A stretch of 64,000 nucleotides of DNA from Candidatus Peregrinibacteria bacterium (lineage in GTDB: Bacteria; Patescibacteriota; Gracilibacteria; UBA1369; UBA12473): assembly GCA_018659585.1 (NCBI GenBank), contig JABJMC010000006.1:33728-97727 (forward strand), read 5' to 3'. A model generated the notes under the pieces. It had not been told where the DNA came from. It saw nothing but the letters and a program-made list of their open reading frames with translations, and did no database searches. Shown here one piece after another: positions 29,330-38,741 of the stretch. Numbering within the stretch: position 1 is the first letter of the stretch; the number at the start of each line of letters is the position of its first letter. A program made the position numbers and the translations under genes.

Positions 29330-30010
29330 ATGGCCACCCTTAGTGCAGCTATTGGATGTCATCACCCCGTGGACTTGGAGAACCCTCTGGCCGACGAACC
29401 CCAAGATGTAAATACCCACATCCGCGCCAGATTAGATGAGCTGCCACTTTGTCCACCAGAAGAAGGCGATGATTTATATCTCCAGCAGGCTCAAGTTTCT
29501 ATTCCTTATCCAATGGATGAATCAACCAATTGGGAAGCTTATCCCGAGGTTGAGTATTTTGTTTACAACAATGCTGATACTGGTGAGGAATGCACAACTA
29601 AAACAACTTTCACTCGTCCAGTTATGTCTACCTATTTATTACCTAATGAAATTATTACGACTTGGGAGTATGACGCGGTTTACTCAGGCTTAGGGGATTC
29701 TACGCGAGGGACTCACCTAGAAGTGCTTATAGAATCAGTTCTGCCAATTAAAACTAGAGTGAAGGTAACGGCTTTTGATAATGATGGTGATGGTGATGCC
29801 GATAAATTAATGGTTACTGGAGATCACACTCTTAAGCTTCCTTCCCTAGAGCTTATCCCTCCAGATGGTTATTCAACGCATCAAGCAGTTTTGGAGTGGC
29901 TTTTGGAGAATATGGAACCAGAAGAACTTGAACCCTCAACCCCAATTTGGCCTGATAGTGCTCCTTTGGAGCCAGATTTAGATGATAGAAACAGAAGAAC
30001 GGAAGTGTGA
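29330..30010 (+). CDS. Exported protein, distant paralogue 3
   Basis: AIGC; ECTTKTTF; FDNDGDGDAD Ca-binding-like loop. True start uncertain. Confidence 0.6.
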   Translation: MATLSAAIGCHHPVDLENPLADEPQDVNTHIRARLDELPLCPPEEGDDLYLQQAQVSIPYPMDESTNWEAYPEVEYFVYNNADTGEECTTKTTFTRPVMSTYLLPNEIITTWEYDAVYSGLGDSTRGTHLEVLIESVLPIKTRVKVTAFDNDGDGDADKLMVTGDHTLKLPSLELIPPDGYSTHQAVLEWLLENMEPEELEPSTPIWPDSAPLEPDLDDRNRRTEV

Positions 30011-30069
30011 ACTTTCAGGTTAAATATCTGACGTAAAAAACAACCCTTAATTCGCGCTAGGGGAATAAT

Positions 30070-30098
30070 TTGACGATTCTCCAATGTGAGGATACAAT
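30070..30098 (+). promoter_or_regulatory. sigma70 promoter driving the large ncRNA candidate A
   Basis: TTGACG(30070-75)-17 nt-TACAAT(30093-98); no plus-strand ORF follows. Confidence 0.7.
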
Positions 30099-30159
30099 TT
30101 TATGATTTCAACAAATAAGAAATCAAAAATAAAAACAAAAACAAACTTCTTTAAACGCT

Positions 30160-30220
30160 TGCTCTTTAAAAACTCTTGGCCCTCTTTCCCTCCTTCACTT
30201 CATATTACATATTGAAAACT
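30160..30220 (+). promoter_or_regulatory. boxA-like antitermination motifs
   Basis: TGCTCTTTAAAAACT (30160-74) matches rrn boxA TGCTCTTTAACA; ACATATTGAAAACT (30207-20) resembles the Firmicute-type TTGAAAACT boxA. Confidence 0.55.
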
Positions 30221-30615
30221 TGAGGAGGACGCAAAGAACGGCCTTCCTCCAACCTCTAGGAAACGGGTAAATCCCTTTCCCGGACTGGACCGTTTATAGA
30301 GCATGGACGGCGAGGTTAGAAAAACACCGCTTGTTTCTAACTTCACCGACTCTGCTCTGTGATGGTAGTTCCCTTGACCAGGAACTTCCGATTGTTAGAA
30401 ATAGTCTGGTGTTTCCCCATTGACCCGTAAGGTGTCAGTCTGGAAACACGTCAAACAGACGGCTATGGTCAGGCTTATATATTGAACCAAAGCAAGGCAG
30501 TCCAAAAACCGAGGATAGGATCACCTCACTAAAAACCACTCTTTTAAAAGGGACCTCTGAGCAGCTTAAAACAAAAATAAAACTGCTAATAGAAAGCCAA
30601 TAAGGGTGGTTTTTG
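30221..30615 (+). ncRNA. Large structured ncRNA candidate A (~400 nt)
   Basis: Helices GGACUG/CAGUCC (closing), AUAGAGCA/UGCUCUGU, GAGGUUAGAAA/UUUCUAACUUC, AGUUCC/GGAACU, GUGUUUCC/GGAAACAC with a GUAA tetraloop, AAAAACCACUCUU/AAGGGUGGUUUUU; no ORF. Confidence 0.75.
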
Positions 30616-30619
30616 CTTA

Positions 30620-31246
30620 TTAAACAGCCGTTGGCCTAATCATCGGAGCACTCTTATAAACTACATAACCCATGATTGGCAGGATTATGAGCAATGCCCA
30701 AACTCCCATTTCTGGAGTTTCTGCAGGGGGAATAAAAATTTCATAATCAGAATAAAAATTGAATGCATTTACATCCCATCCTGAACCTCCGCCAGTGGTT
30801 AAACACTCAAATTTAACAAAGGCTGTATTAGAATCGGTTGCAAAAGATACAAACATTGTTTTCGTTGAACTTGTCTCGTTGCCTTGATAATTCCAGTCAA
30901 CATTATTGGATGAAGTATAAGCTTTAAAATTAGTACAATAGGTGCCGGAATCATCCCCTTGATGTACAACTTCCAATTTATTTACATTTACTTTACTGGA
31001 ATCAATAAATAACCTACCAATAGCCGTTGCACTTCCGCCGCTCACGCTAAATTCAAAACTATTAAAAGGATCCATATCTCTAACAGCCTCTAAGCTTTCC
31101 AGACTACAAGATGAAGCGCCATCTTCCAAACAGGTCAGATAGGCTTGAGGAATCATCAAAGTAAACTCACCAGCAAAAGCCACGTGTGGCAAAATCATGG
31201 CTGCAACCATAAGCGCTGCTCCAATCCTTTTAAAACTCTTTAACAT
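30620..31246 (-). CDS. Secreted surface protein with C-terminal sorting-type signal
   Basis: Signal peptide ending AFA; discoidin-like FKAYTSSNNVDW; C-terminal TPEMG + TM helix + K. Confidence 0.7.
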   Translation of the reverse strand: MLKSFKRIGAALMVAAMILPHVAFAGEFTLMIPQAYLTCLEDGASSCSLESLEAVRDMDPFNSFEFSVSGGSATAIGRLFIDSSKVNVNKLEVVHQGDDSGTYCTNFKAYTSSNNVDWNYQGNETSSTKTMFVSFATDSNTAFVKFECLTTGGGSGWDVNAFNFYSDYEIFIPPAETPEMGVWALLIILPIMGYVVYKSAPMIRPTAV

Positions 31247-31329
31247 ATTTTGGGAGGTTAAAAATAATATGTTTATACTATAAAAAAAACATACCCTAAC
31301 CGGAAAGTCAATTAAGGATGGTTTTTTAC

Positions 31330-31719
31330 TTATTGATCACCATATTTTTCTTCGGCGGCTTCGATTTGTTCTTGTACCATTTGTTGTTCTTCTTCAGAGA
31401 TTTCAGGGCCATCATAAGATAGGCGGAAAAGATCATCCCCATCTTCACGAACATAAGTATGATCGTTCTCTGGATAAACAACACAATTATCTCCACACCA
31501 ATCTTCGGCCGAAGGAGTAAAAGTAATCTCTACACCATCATTGAGCAAAGTGACAGTTTCAGCTTGAGCAGCTTCTTCAGCCGCCTCGATTTGATCTTCA
31601 ACTATTTGAAGATTTTCTTCGGAAATTTCAGGTTGAGGCTCTTCGTTGGTGGTTGAAGTGCAGCCTAAAAACAGCACACTTAACCCAATAATTGCCAGGA
31701 TTGATAAAGTTTTTTTCAT
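31330..31719 (-). CDS. Putative lipoprotein
   Basis: MKKTLSILAIIGLSVLFLGC lipobox; internal repeat QIEAAEE x2. Confidence 0.78.
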   Translation of the reverse strand: MKKTLSILAIIGLSVLFLGCTSTTNEEPQPEISEENLQIVEDQIEAAEEAAQAETVTLLNDGVEITFTPSAEDWCGDNCVVYPENDHTYVREDGDDLFRLSYDGPEISEEEQQMVQEQIEAAEEKYGDQ

Positions 31720-31746
31720 AGAAATGAAAATTAAAAAATAATAAGT

Positions 31747-33102
<1,356 letters not shown>

Positions 33103-33131
33103 TCAGCCCCGCTATGCTAAAATGCCGCCGT

Positions 33132-33800
33132 ATGGAAATTATTTGGCACGGACAATCTTGTTTCACTTTAAAAGGATCAAAAGCTACAGTTGTAACTGAT
33201 CCTTACGGTGATATTGGTCTTAAACTCCCTAGTTTGAAGGCCAATATTTTAACTGTGAGCCACGATCACGAAGATCATAATAATGTGGCCGCAGTTGAAG
33301 ATAATCCTCAACTTTTTGATTGGCCCGGCGAATACGAAGCCAATGGTGTTATGATGACCGCTTTAAATGCTTTTCATTACCGTAAATCCGAAGAAGAAGA
33401 TGAAAAAGCAGCCGCCCGTGGAAAAACATTAATTTTTCACTTTGAAATCGATGGCATAAAAGTTTGTCATTTAGGAGATTTAGGACACAAATTAACAGAT
33501 GATATGGTCGAAGCAATCGGCGATGTTGATATTTTATTAATTCCGGCTGGCGGCGATTCAACCATTGATCACAAAACTGCTCACCAAGTTATTGAACAAA
33601 TCGACCCCCGCATAGTTATTCCTATGCACTACAAAATTCCCGGCTTAAAAGTCGAAGCTGATTTACAAGACGTAGAACCTTTCTTAAAAGAAATGGGAGT
33701 TTCTTCCAGTGAATCTCAAGAAAAATTAGAAGTCAAAGGCCGCAGCTCACTCCCAGAAGCCACCACTGCTTACGTGGTTTTGGAGGCCCAACTGGGATAA
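33132..33800 (+). CDS. MBL-fold metallo-hydrolase (lactamase_B_3-like)
   Basis: WHGQSCF, TDPY, SHDHEDHN, HLGDLG, IPMHY; ATG 33132. Confidence 0.9.
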   Translation: MEIIWHGQSCFTLKGSKATVVTDPYGDIGLKLPSLKANILTVSHDHEDHNNVAAVEDNPQLFDWPGEYEANGVMMTALNAFHYRKSEEEDEKAAARGKTLIFHFEIDGIKVCHLGDLGHKLTDDMVEAIGDVDILLIPAGGDSTIDHKTAHQVIEQIDPRIVIPMHYKIPGLKVEADLQDVEPFLKEMGVSSSESQEKLEVKGRSSLPEATTAYVVLEAQLG

Positions 33801-33856
33801 ATATGGTCTAGTTTTCAGGTTGCAATTCACTCCCGGGAGTGAATTTTTCTCTGTAA
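33799..33856. repeat. Dispersed palindromic intergenic element, copy 2
   Basis: AAATATGGTCTAGTTTTCAGGTTGC-[AATTCACTCCCGGGAGTGAATT 33824-45]-TTTCTCTGTAA; compensatory change relative to copy 1. Confidence 0.8.
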
Positions 33857-34060
33857 TAGCTGTCAATGGGTTGCGTTATTATTAAATCAAATCATACGTG
33901 ACCGTATGCGGTGAATCTACAGGTTGAAAAATGGCAAAATCACATCCAATCATCACTTTTAAAACCCCCATCTTCCATTCACAAAAATTTAATTTTTTAT
34001 TCATTTTCCGTTCATTTTTTTGTTAAGTTTTCGTAATGGGTGATGTGGCAGGATGAAAGC

Positions 34061-34420
34061 ATGAAAAAAATGATTCCCTTGTTGGCCGCATTAACTTTTG
34101 TTCCTGGTTGTCGCGACAAATGTTTAGAACAGAACTACACTTCGGCCCTCCAAATTGTCCGAGAATTTAACCAAGGACGTTGCCAGTCAGTCTTTAATAG
34201 TGACCAACGTGATCTTAAATGTCCCACTGGAATCCTACGCGGCAGAGTTAATAGCCATGTTTTTGAGTTAGAAATGGAATGTGGGCAAGTTCAAATTCAA
34301 ATGCAAGAGGAGGCAGGAGCTTTAGTTTGCGGTCATAATTTGCAATTAACCACCGGTCCTGAATTTATAGCCATGCGTGATCAATTCGAAGAAATTCTAT
34401 CTCAATTAGAGGTAGACTAA
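34061..34420 (+). CDS. Putative Cys-rich lipoprotein
   Basis: MKKMIPLLAALTFVPGC; six Cys residues. Confidence 0.65.
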   Translation: MKKMIPLLAALTFVPGCRDKCLEQNYTSALQIVREFNQGRCQSVFNSDQRDLKCPTGILRGRVNSHVFELEMECGQVQIQMQEEAGALVCGHNLQLTTGPEFIAMRDQFEEILSQLEVD

Positions 34421-34453
34421 ATCAGGGGTAATCGTTATTCTAAGCACGATTTT

Positions 34454-34528
34454 GTCCCCGTAGTTCAATGGATAGAACAAGACCCTCCTAAGGTTTAGAT
34501 GTAGGTTCGACTCCTACCGGGGACACCA
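34454..34528 (+). tRNA. tRNA-Arg (anticodon CCT)
   Basis: Acceptor GTCCCCG/CGGGGAC, D arm, anticodon arm AGACC-CT CCT AA-GGTTT, GGTTCGACTCC T arm, encoded CCA. Confidence 0.97.
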
Positions 34529-34530
34529 CA

Positions 34531-34560
34531 CGCAAAACGGAATGAAATTCCTGTTTTGCG
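34531..34560 (+). terminator. Hairpin downstream of tRNA-Arg
   Basis: CGCAAAACGGAAT-GAA-ATTCCTGTTTTGCG. Confidence 0.5.
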
Positions 34561-34644
34561 CAGCGAGCCAAAGGCGAGCAACCTTTGCTGGGTTTTTGCA
34601 TTCAAAATAAAAGTTTGTTTCGCGGCGGAGCGGCGGATTTTTAT

Positions 34645-34673
34645 TTGACACCTTTTCGAAAACCATTTAAATT
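34645..34673 (+). promoter_or_regulatory. sigma70 promoter for large ncRNA candidate B
   Basis: TTGACA(34645-50)-17 nt-TAAATT(34668-73). Confidence 0.65.
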
Positions 34674-34679
34674 ACGTCC

Positions 34680-35415
34680 GCGTTCACAATTCGTATCAGT
34701 AAGACATTCCCCACCCCTTTCCAATTTTGGTGGAGGAATTTCTTCGATACACGTGATCCTTGACAGTGCGAAATGTATAAATTGATTAACGGTGGTTATC
34801 TGAGAGTTTCTTATCAGTTAAGAGGTTCCTAGATGACCACCGCTCGCGGTGGACTGAGTGCCCCTTCGGGGGCCCATAGCTGAGGTCCTACACCTAATTA
34901 GGAGAGCTGTCCCCATTGGATTGGGACCCCATAGCATAGAGAACATCGCAGAACTCAACAAAAAACCAAAACCTGGGCGAAAAAAAACCGTACGCCGACG
35001 TCCGCAAGCAAAGTGAGTGCTGTATTGCGCTGATGTAGAAGCTGCAGCCAAGAGCTGGATGCGCTGATGTTGATGCTGAGCTGAAGTAGACTACTCATAA
35101 CGCTCCGGAAACGTGGTCGTACCCCACCAATATAGCCCGACACCCCGGTGATTGCTTGTGGTGAGACTTTCTGACTATAACCCTCGTGTGAGGGGAATAT
35201 CTTAGTTCAGTTTTGTTCGAACCTCAAGGTGGAGACTTAGCAACTTCGCTGCTGTCGCGTTGGCTCCCCAACACGGAGTTTCATCGCGTTTAGTGATGCG
35301 GGTCGCCAAAGTTCCCCACAATCAGGTCACTGCCCATCTCTGTCGCTTCCTTCACGGGTCGCGGCAGGGGTGGGACTGGGAGGAGGATCAATCAATCCAC
35401 ATCTCGCACTGTCCA
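34680..35415 (+). ncRNA. Large ornate ncRNA candidate B (~650-735 nt)
   Basis: Closing stem GACAGUGCGAAAUGU(34762-76)/ACAUCUCGCACUGUC(35399-413) plus AUUGAUU/AAUCAAU; many internal helices with G-U pairs and a C(UUCG)G tetraloop. Confidence 0.8.
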
Positions 35416-35436
35416 TTCCCTAAATTTAGCTTAAGT

Positions 35437-35775
35437 ATGGTCAGGTCATTACCAAGCGATGTAGCTGACAAAATAACAAGTTTTTATCAAACACATAAAG
35501 ACCTAAGCGGAAAAGATTGGAACCCTGATCAAGGCCAGCCAAGAAATTGTCCCGCTTTTGATGATAAAAAACATGATCTTAATACAGGTGGAGGTTTCAC
35601 TGAAATAGACAAAATATGTAGACAAATTTTTCATTGCCGAGTGTGTGAAGCTTGCAATACTTTAATTAGAGGAGATATTGCTTTTCAAGACCAAGCTAAC
35701 GAACAAGTTAGACGCATAGACGAAGGAGTCCCAGCCTTAGGTGATGACGAATTTTACGGAACAATCGACGACTAA
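35437..35775 (+). CDS. Small Cys-rich hypothetical protein directly downstream of ncRNA B
   Basis: ATG 35437 (MVRSLPSD..., 112 aa); NCPAF ... ICRQIFHCRVCEAC. Confidence 0.6.
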   Translation: MVRSLPSDVADKITSFYQTHKDLSGKDWNPDQGQPRNCPAFDDKKHDLNTGGGFTEIDKICRQIFHCRVCEACNTLIRGDIAFQDQANEQVRRIDEGVPALGDDEFYGTIDD

Positions 35776-35777
35776 AT

Positions 35778-37541
35778 TTATTCCAAATACCCCCCAACTT
35801 GCAGTCCCCACAGTCTTTCGTAAAGGCTGTTTTTTTGACGAATCAATTCTGTGTGTGTGCCTTCCTCTACAATTTTCCCATCATTCAAAACAATAATCCG
35901 ATCCATATTTACAATTGTCGAGAGTCGATGCGCAATAATAAAAGTTGTCTTGTTTTTCATCAAATTATGCAAAGCCTCTTGAATCAATTTTTCAGATTCA
36001 GAATCCAAGCTAGAAGTAGCCTCATCAAGAATCAAAATTTTAGTATTACTTAAAATTGCGCGGGCAATGGCCACTCGCTGGCGTTCGCCACCAGACAATT
36101 TTACCCCGCGCTCTCCAACATAAGTTTTATAGCCTTTGGGGAATTTTTTAATAAAATCATGACAACGTGCGAGTTTTGCAGCCGCCATCACCTCCTTATC
36201 CGAGGCGCCAAGTCGGCCATAACGAATATTTTCTATAATCGTACGATGGAATAAAATCGGATCTTGCGGAACCAGAGCAATTTGTTTACGCAAACTATCT
36301 TGAGTAACTTTTGAAATGTCATGACCATCCACCAAGATTTTCCCTTTTCCAACATCAAACAGTCGCAATAACAGTTTAGTAACTGTGGATTTTCCACCTC
36401 CAGACGGACCAATCAGAGCAATCTTTTCGCTGGGCTTAATTTTTAGGGAAAGTCCTTTAATAACGCCAGTACCGTCTTCATAAGAAAAACGAACGTTTTT
36501 AAATTCAACGCGACCATGCACGATTTTAATCTTTTGCGCATCTGGAGCATCTTGAATCTCCCAATCAGTATTCAAAACTTTTGTCATCTCTTCCGCATCG
36601 GCAAATCTTTCGTAAAGTCGTTGCAAATTATGCCCAAAATGCCAGAGCTGCCTAAACAGTTCTAACAGATAAAATTGAACTAAAACAAAGTCACCAACAG
36701 TAATTTCTCCTTGTTGCCACAACTTAATCGCCACAAACATAAGCAAGGCATTAAGCGCCAAGGCAAACACTCCTTGAACAGTCTCAACATGCGTCCCAAA
36801 AAACCAAGACGCCTTTTTCTTTTTTCGCCAATCTTCCGAAACTTTTTTAAACTTAATAGTCTCCTTATTAAGGTTCGCAAACAACTTAATATTAATGTTG
36901 TTCATAATCGTATCCGCCAAATTTGCAGTCACCTTAGTATCGGCGCGAACAGATTTAAGATCGTAATGTTTAATCTTATAAAGAGTGACGAAATAGCTAA
37001 AAACTATAAAAAACACACTCCAAATAAGTAGCGGCACTCCAAGTTTCCAACTTAGATATAAAAGAACGCCATTAGCAATTATCGTCCGGATCGCAATCGG
37101 AATAAATTCAAAAATAATAATGTCAAAAATTCCCTCAAACGCGTAACTAATTCGGTTCATTTTTTTAACCAGCCCTCCTGTAAAACTATTATTAAAAAAG
37201 TTATAAGAGTGACGATGCAAATGCTCAAAACATTCATCCAAAATATTGCGCATTACATTCGTTTCCAGAACAGACATTGTATAAAGAAGCGCACGCCAAC
37301 ACATCATATTGGCGAAATCTACTCCCACCATAATCGCAAGAAGCGTTAAAAGCGTTCGGACTGCATCATCAACAACTTCGGCCTCCACAATTGTATCAAT
37401 AAATTCTTTGTAGATAACCGGGAAAACCATACTCAAACTAATCGCCATCACAATCGAAAAAATCGAAACAGCGGTTAGCACCTTGTAACGCGCCAAGTGT
37501 TTTAAATAAAATCGAATTGTTTGTTGACGTAGGTTTTTCAT
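35778..37541 (-). CDS. ABC exporter, fused permease/ATPase (MsbA/Atm1-like)
   Basis: TM domain, GPSGGGKST, LSGGERQR, ILDEATSSLD, IAHRLST. Confidence 0.95.
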   Translation of the reverse strand: MKNLRQQTIRFYLKHLARYKVLTAVSIFSIVMAISLSMVFPVIYKEFIDTIVEAEVVDDAVRTLLTLLAIMVGVDFANMMCWRALLYTMSVLETNVMRNILDECFEHLHRHSYNFFNNSFTGGLVKKMNRISYAFEGIFDIIIFEFIPIAIRTIIANGVLLYLSWKLGVPLLIWSVFFIVFSYFVTLYKIKHYDLKSVRADTKVTANLADTIMNNINIKLFANLNKETIKFKKVSEDWRKKKKASWFFGTHVETVQGVFALALNALLMFVAIKLWQQGEITVGDFVLVQFYLLELFRQLWHFGHNLQRLYERFADAEEMTKVLNTDWEIQDAPDAQKIKIVHGRVEFKNVRFSYEDGTGVIKGLSLKIKPSEKIALIGPSGGGKSTVTKLLLRLFDVGKGKILVDGHDISKVTQDSLRKQIALVPQDPILFHRTIIENIRYGRLGASDKEVMAAAKLARCHDFIKKFPKGYKTYVGERGVKLSGGERQRVAIARAILSNTKILILDEATSSLDSESEKLIQEALHNLMKNKTTFIIAHRLSTIVNMDRIIVLNDGKIVEEGTHTELIRQKNSLYERLWGLQVGGYLE

Positions 37542-37603
37542 AGGGGTTATTAAAAGTCCTCCCAGAAGGAGGATGCTTACTATACAATTTATGAAAAATT
37601 AAG

Positions 37604-38515
37604 TCAAGGGGTGTCAATGCTATGCAAAACTAGCATGTTTGTACAGCTTCTGCCTTCCCCAAAATCTTCATCGACCATTAAGTAATGTTGTCCATTTTTA
37701 TCATAAAAAAATCCTTCCGAAGCTATCCCAGTATCAAGTCCAATGGCTTTTTGAATATTAAAATTAGAGGTTTGTTCCATAACTTGAAGAGCTTCACCGT
37801 AAGTCATATTTTCAGTAAAATTCACAACTCCCTTCTTTTCTCCTCCTTCCACAAAGAAGCGGAGTTCATATTGGAGTGGATTAGAAGATGAAAATTTTCC
37901 TCCTGGACGAATGAACGAAGTTTGTTGAAAGAGTGACCCCCCGCTTTGTTTGAGTTGACCTAAAAATTCTTGAAAATTAGAAAGTTGATTCAAGTATTCA
38001 ATTCTTGGGTTACCGTTTTCAATTACTAATAAACCGTTAAGGCTTGATTTAGGAGTAGCTTGGCCGACCATTTCACCATTCTCCAAGGCAACGCCTTCTA
38101 TTTGGCGATCTCCTCCTGGCGCTAAAAATGCTCCGGCAACTATTACAGCTTGCCCATTGAAGTCTTTTTCAATTGCTGCAAAATTAGGCCGACCATTAGT
38201 ATCAAAATATTGGGGATGTTTGTCGTTTGAAACAAAATCTGCTCTAGCCTGAGGATCTTCCATTTCAAAAAAGCTACCTACCAATTTTTCTGGTTCTCCT
38301 TCAAATGTCGCAAAAATTTTATAGCGAGAAAATCCTGGGCCCATATTGTGGTCAGGCATAACTTCAATCCGAGAATCAACAACTTGGCGTTGAGGAATGG
38401 TTTCAGCTGCTTCAGCATCAGAAATAATCAATCCCTGCAGAGATTGCAAAGAGTTTTTTGCAAGTTCGAGTGGATTCAATTCGTCCCCGGTAGATCCGCT
38501 TTCAAAGTCATTCAT
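37604..38515 (-). CDS. Hypothetical protein, C-terminal phosphodiester-glycosidase (DUF2233)-like region
   Basis: NGLLVIENGNPRI, SLFQQ and AIGLDTG resemble the family's G-x-phi...phi-x-LDGG pattern; start uncertain. Confidence 0.5.
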   Translation of the reverse strand: MNDFESGSTGDELNPLELAKNSLQSLQGLIISDAEAAETIPQRQVVDSRIEVMPDHNMGPGFSRYKIFATFEGEPEKLVGSFFEMEDPQARADFVSNDKHPQYFDTNGRPNFAAIEKDFNGQAVIVAGAFLAPGGDRQIEGVALENGEMVGQATPKSSLNGLLVIENGNPRIEYLNQLSNFQEFLGQLKQSGGSLFQQTSFIRPGGKFSSSNPLQYELRFFVEGGEKKGVVNFTENMTYGEALQVMEQTSNFNIQKAIGLDTGIASEGFFYDKNGQHYLMVDEDFGEGRSCTNMLVLHSIDTP

Positions 38516-38590
38516 TTTTAAGGTTTTAAATTCCATTAATAATAACACAAATTGGCGATTTGGTCAATGAAAGGGGCGATTTTCCTTGCG

Positions 38591-38650
38591 AAATATGGTC
38601 TAATTTTCAGGTTAAGAGTTGACGCATGCGTTAACTTTTCCCCTGTAAAA
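38591..38650. repeat. Dispersed palindromic intergenic element, copy 3
   Basis: AAATATGGTCTAATTTTCAGGTTAAG-[AGTTGACGCATGCGTTAACT 38617-36]-TTTCCCCTGTAAAA; same flanks, different palindromic core. Confidence 0.7.
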
Positions 38651-38687
38651 CATTTCGCGCCAATTTATAGTGTCAACTAAAAAGATA

Positions 38688-38730
38688 TTGACGGTGAGTC
38701 AGACCTCACCTATAGTGTGACCACACTCAC
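38688..38730 (+). promoter_or_regulatory. SOS promoter with two candidate LexA boxes
   Basis: TTGACG-17-TATAGT; GTGAG-N6-CTCAC (38694-709) between -35 and -10, and GTGTG-N6-CTCAC (38715-730) over the -10/TSS. Confidence 0.75.
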
Positions 38731-38741
38731 CTAACCCAGCT

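Noticed and set aside
30221-30615. RNase P RNA, tmRNA or cobalamin riboswitch identity for ncRNA A
   Set aside because: No GAGGAAAGUCC/ACAGAA..CGGCUUA pair and no tRNA-like ends. The AGGAAACGGGUAAAUCC resemblance lacks the B12 box, and no gene lies downstream on that strand. A divergent version cannot be excluded without Infernal.
33893-33915. Group II intron domain V-like GACCGTATGCGGTGAA
   Set aside because: The complementary 3' arm is missing; it is explained by a small local hairpin CATACG/CGTATG.
34766-35415. Group II intron or tmRNA identity for ncRNA B (GUGCG at 34766; CCCCACCA at 35122)
   Set aside because: No domain V/VI at the 3' end, no interrupted gene, no T-arm before CCCCACCA and no Ala-ending tag frame.
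35260-35436. N-terminal extension of the 171-aa ORF, and minus-strand ORFs 34818..35051 and 34955..35143
   Set aside because: They lie within the paired RNA and have atypical composition; ATG 35437 just past the closing stem is the more plausible start.
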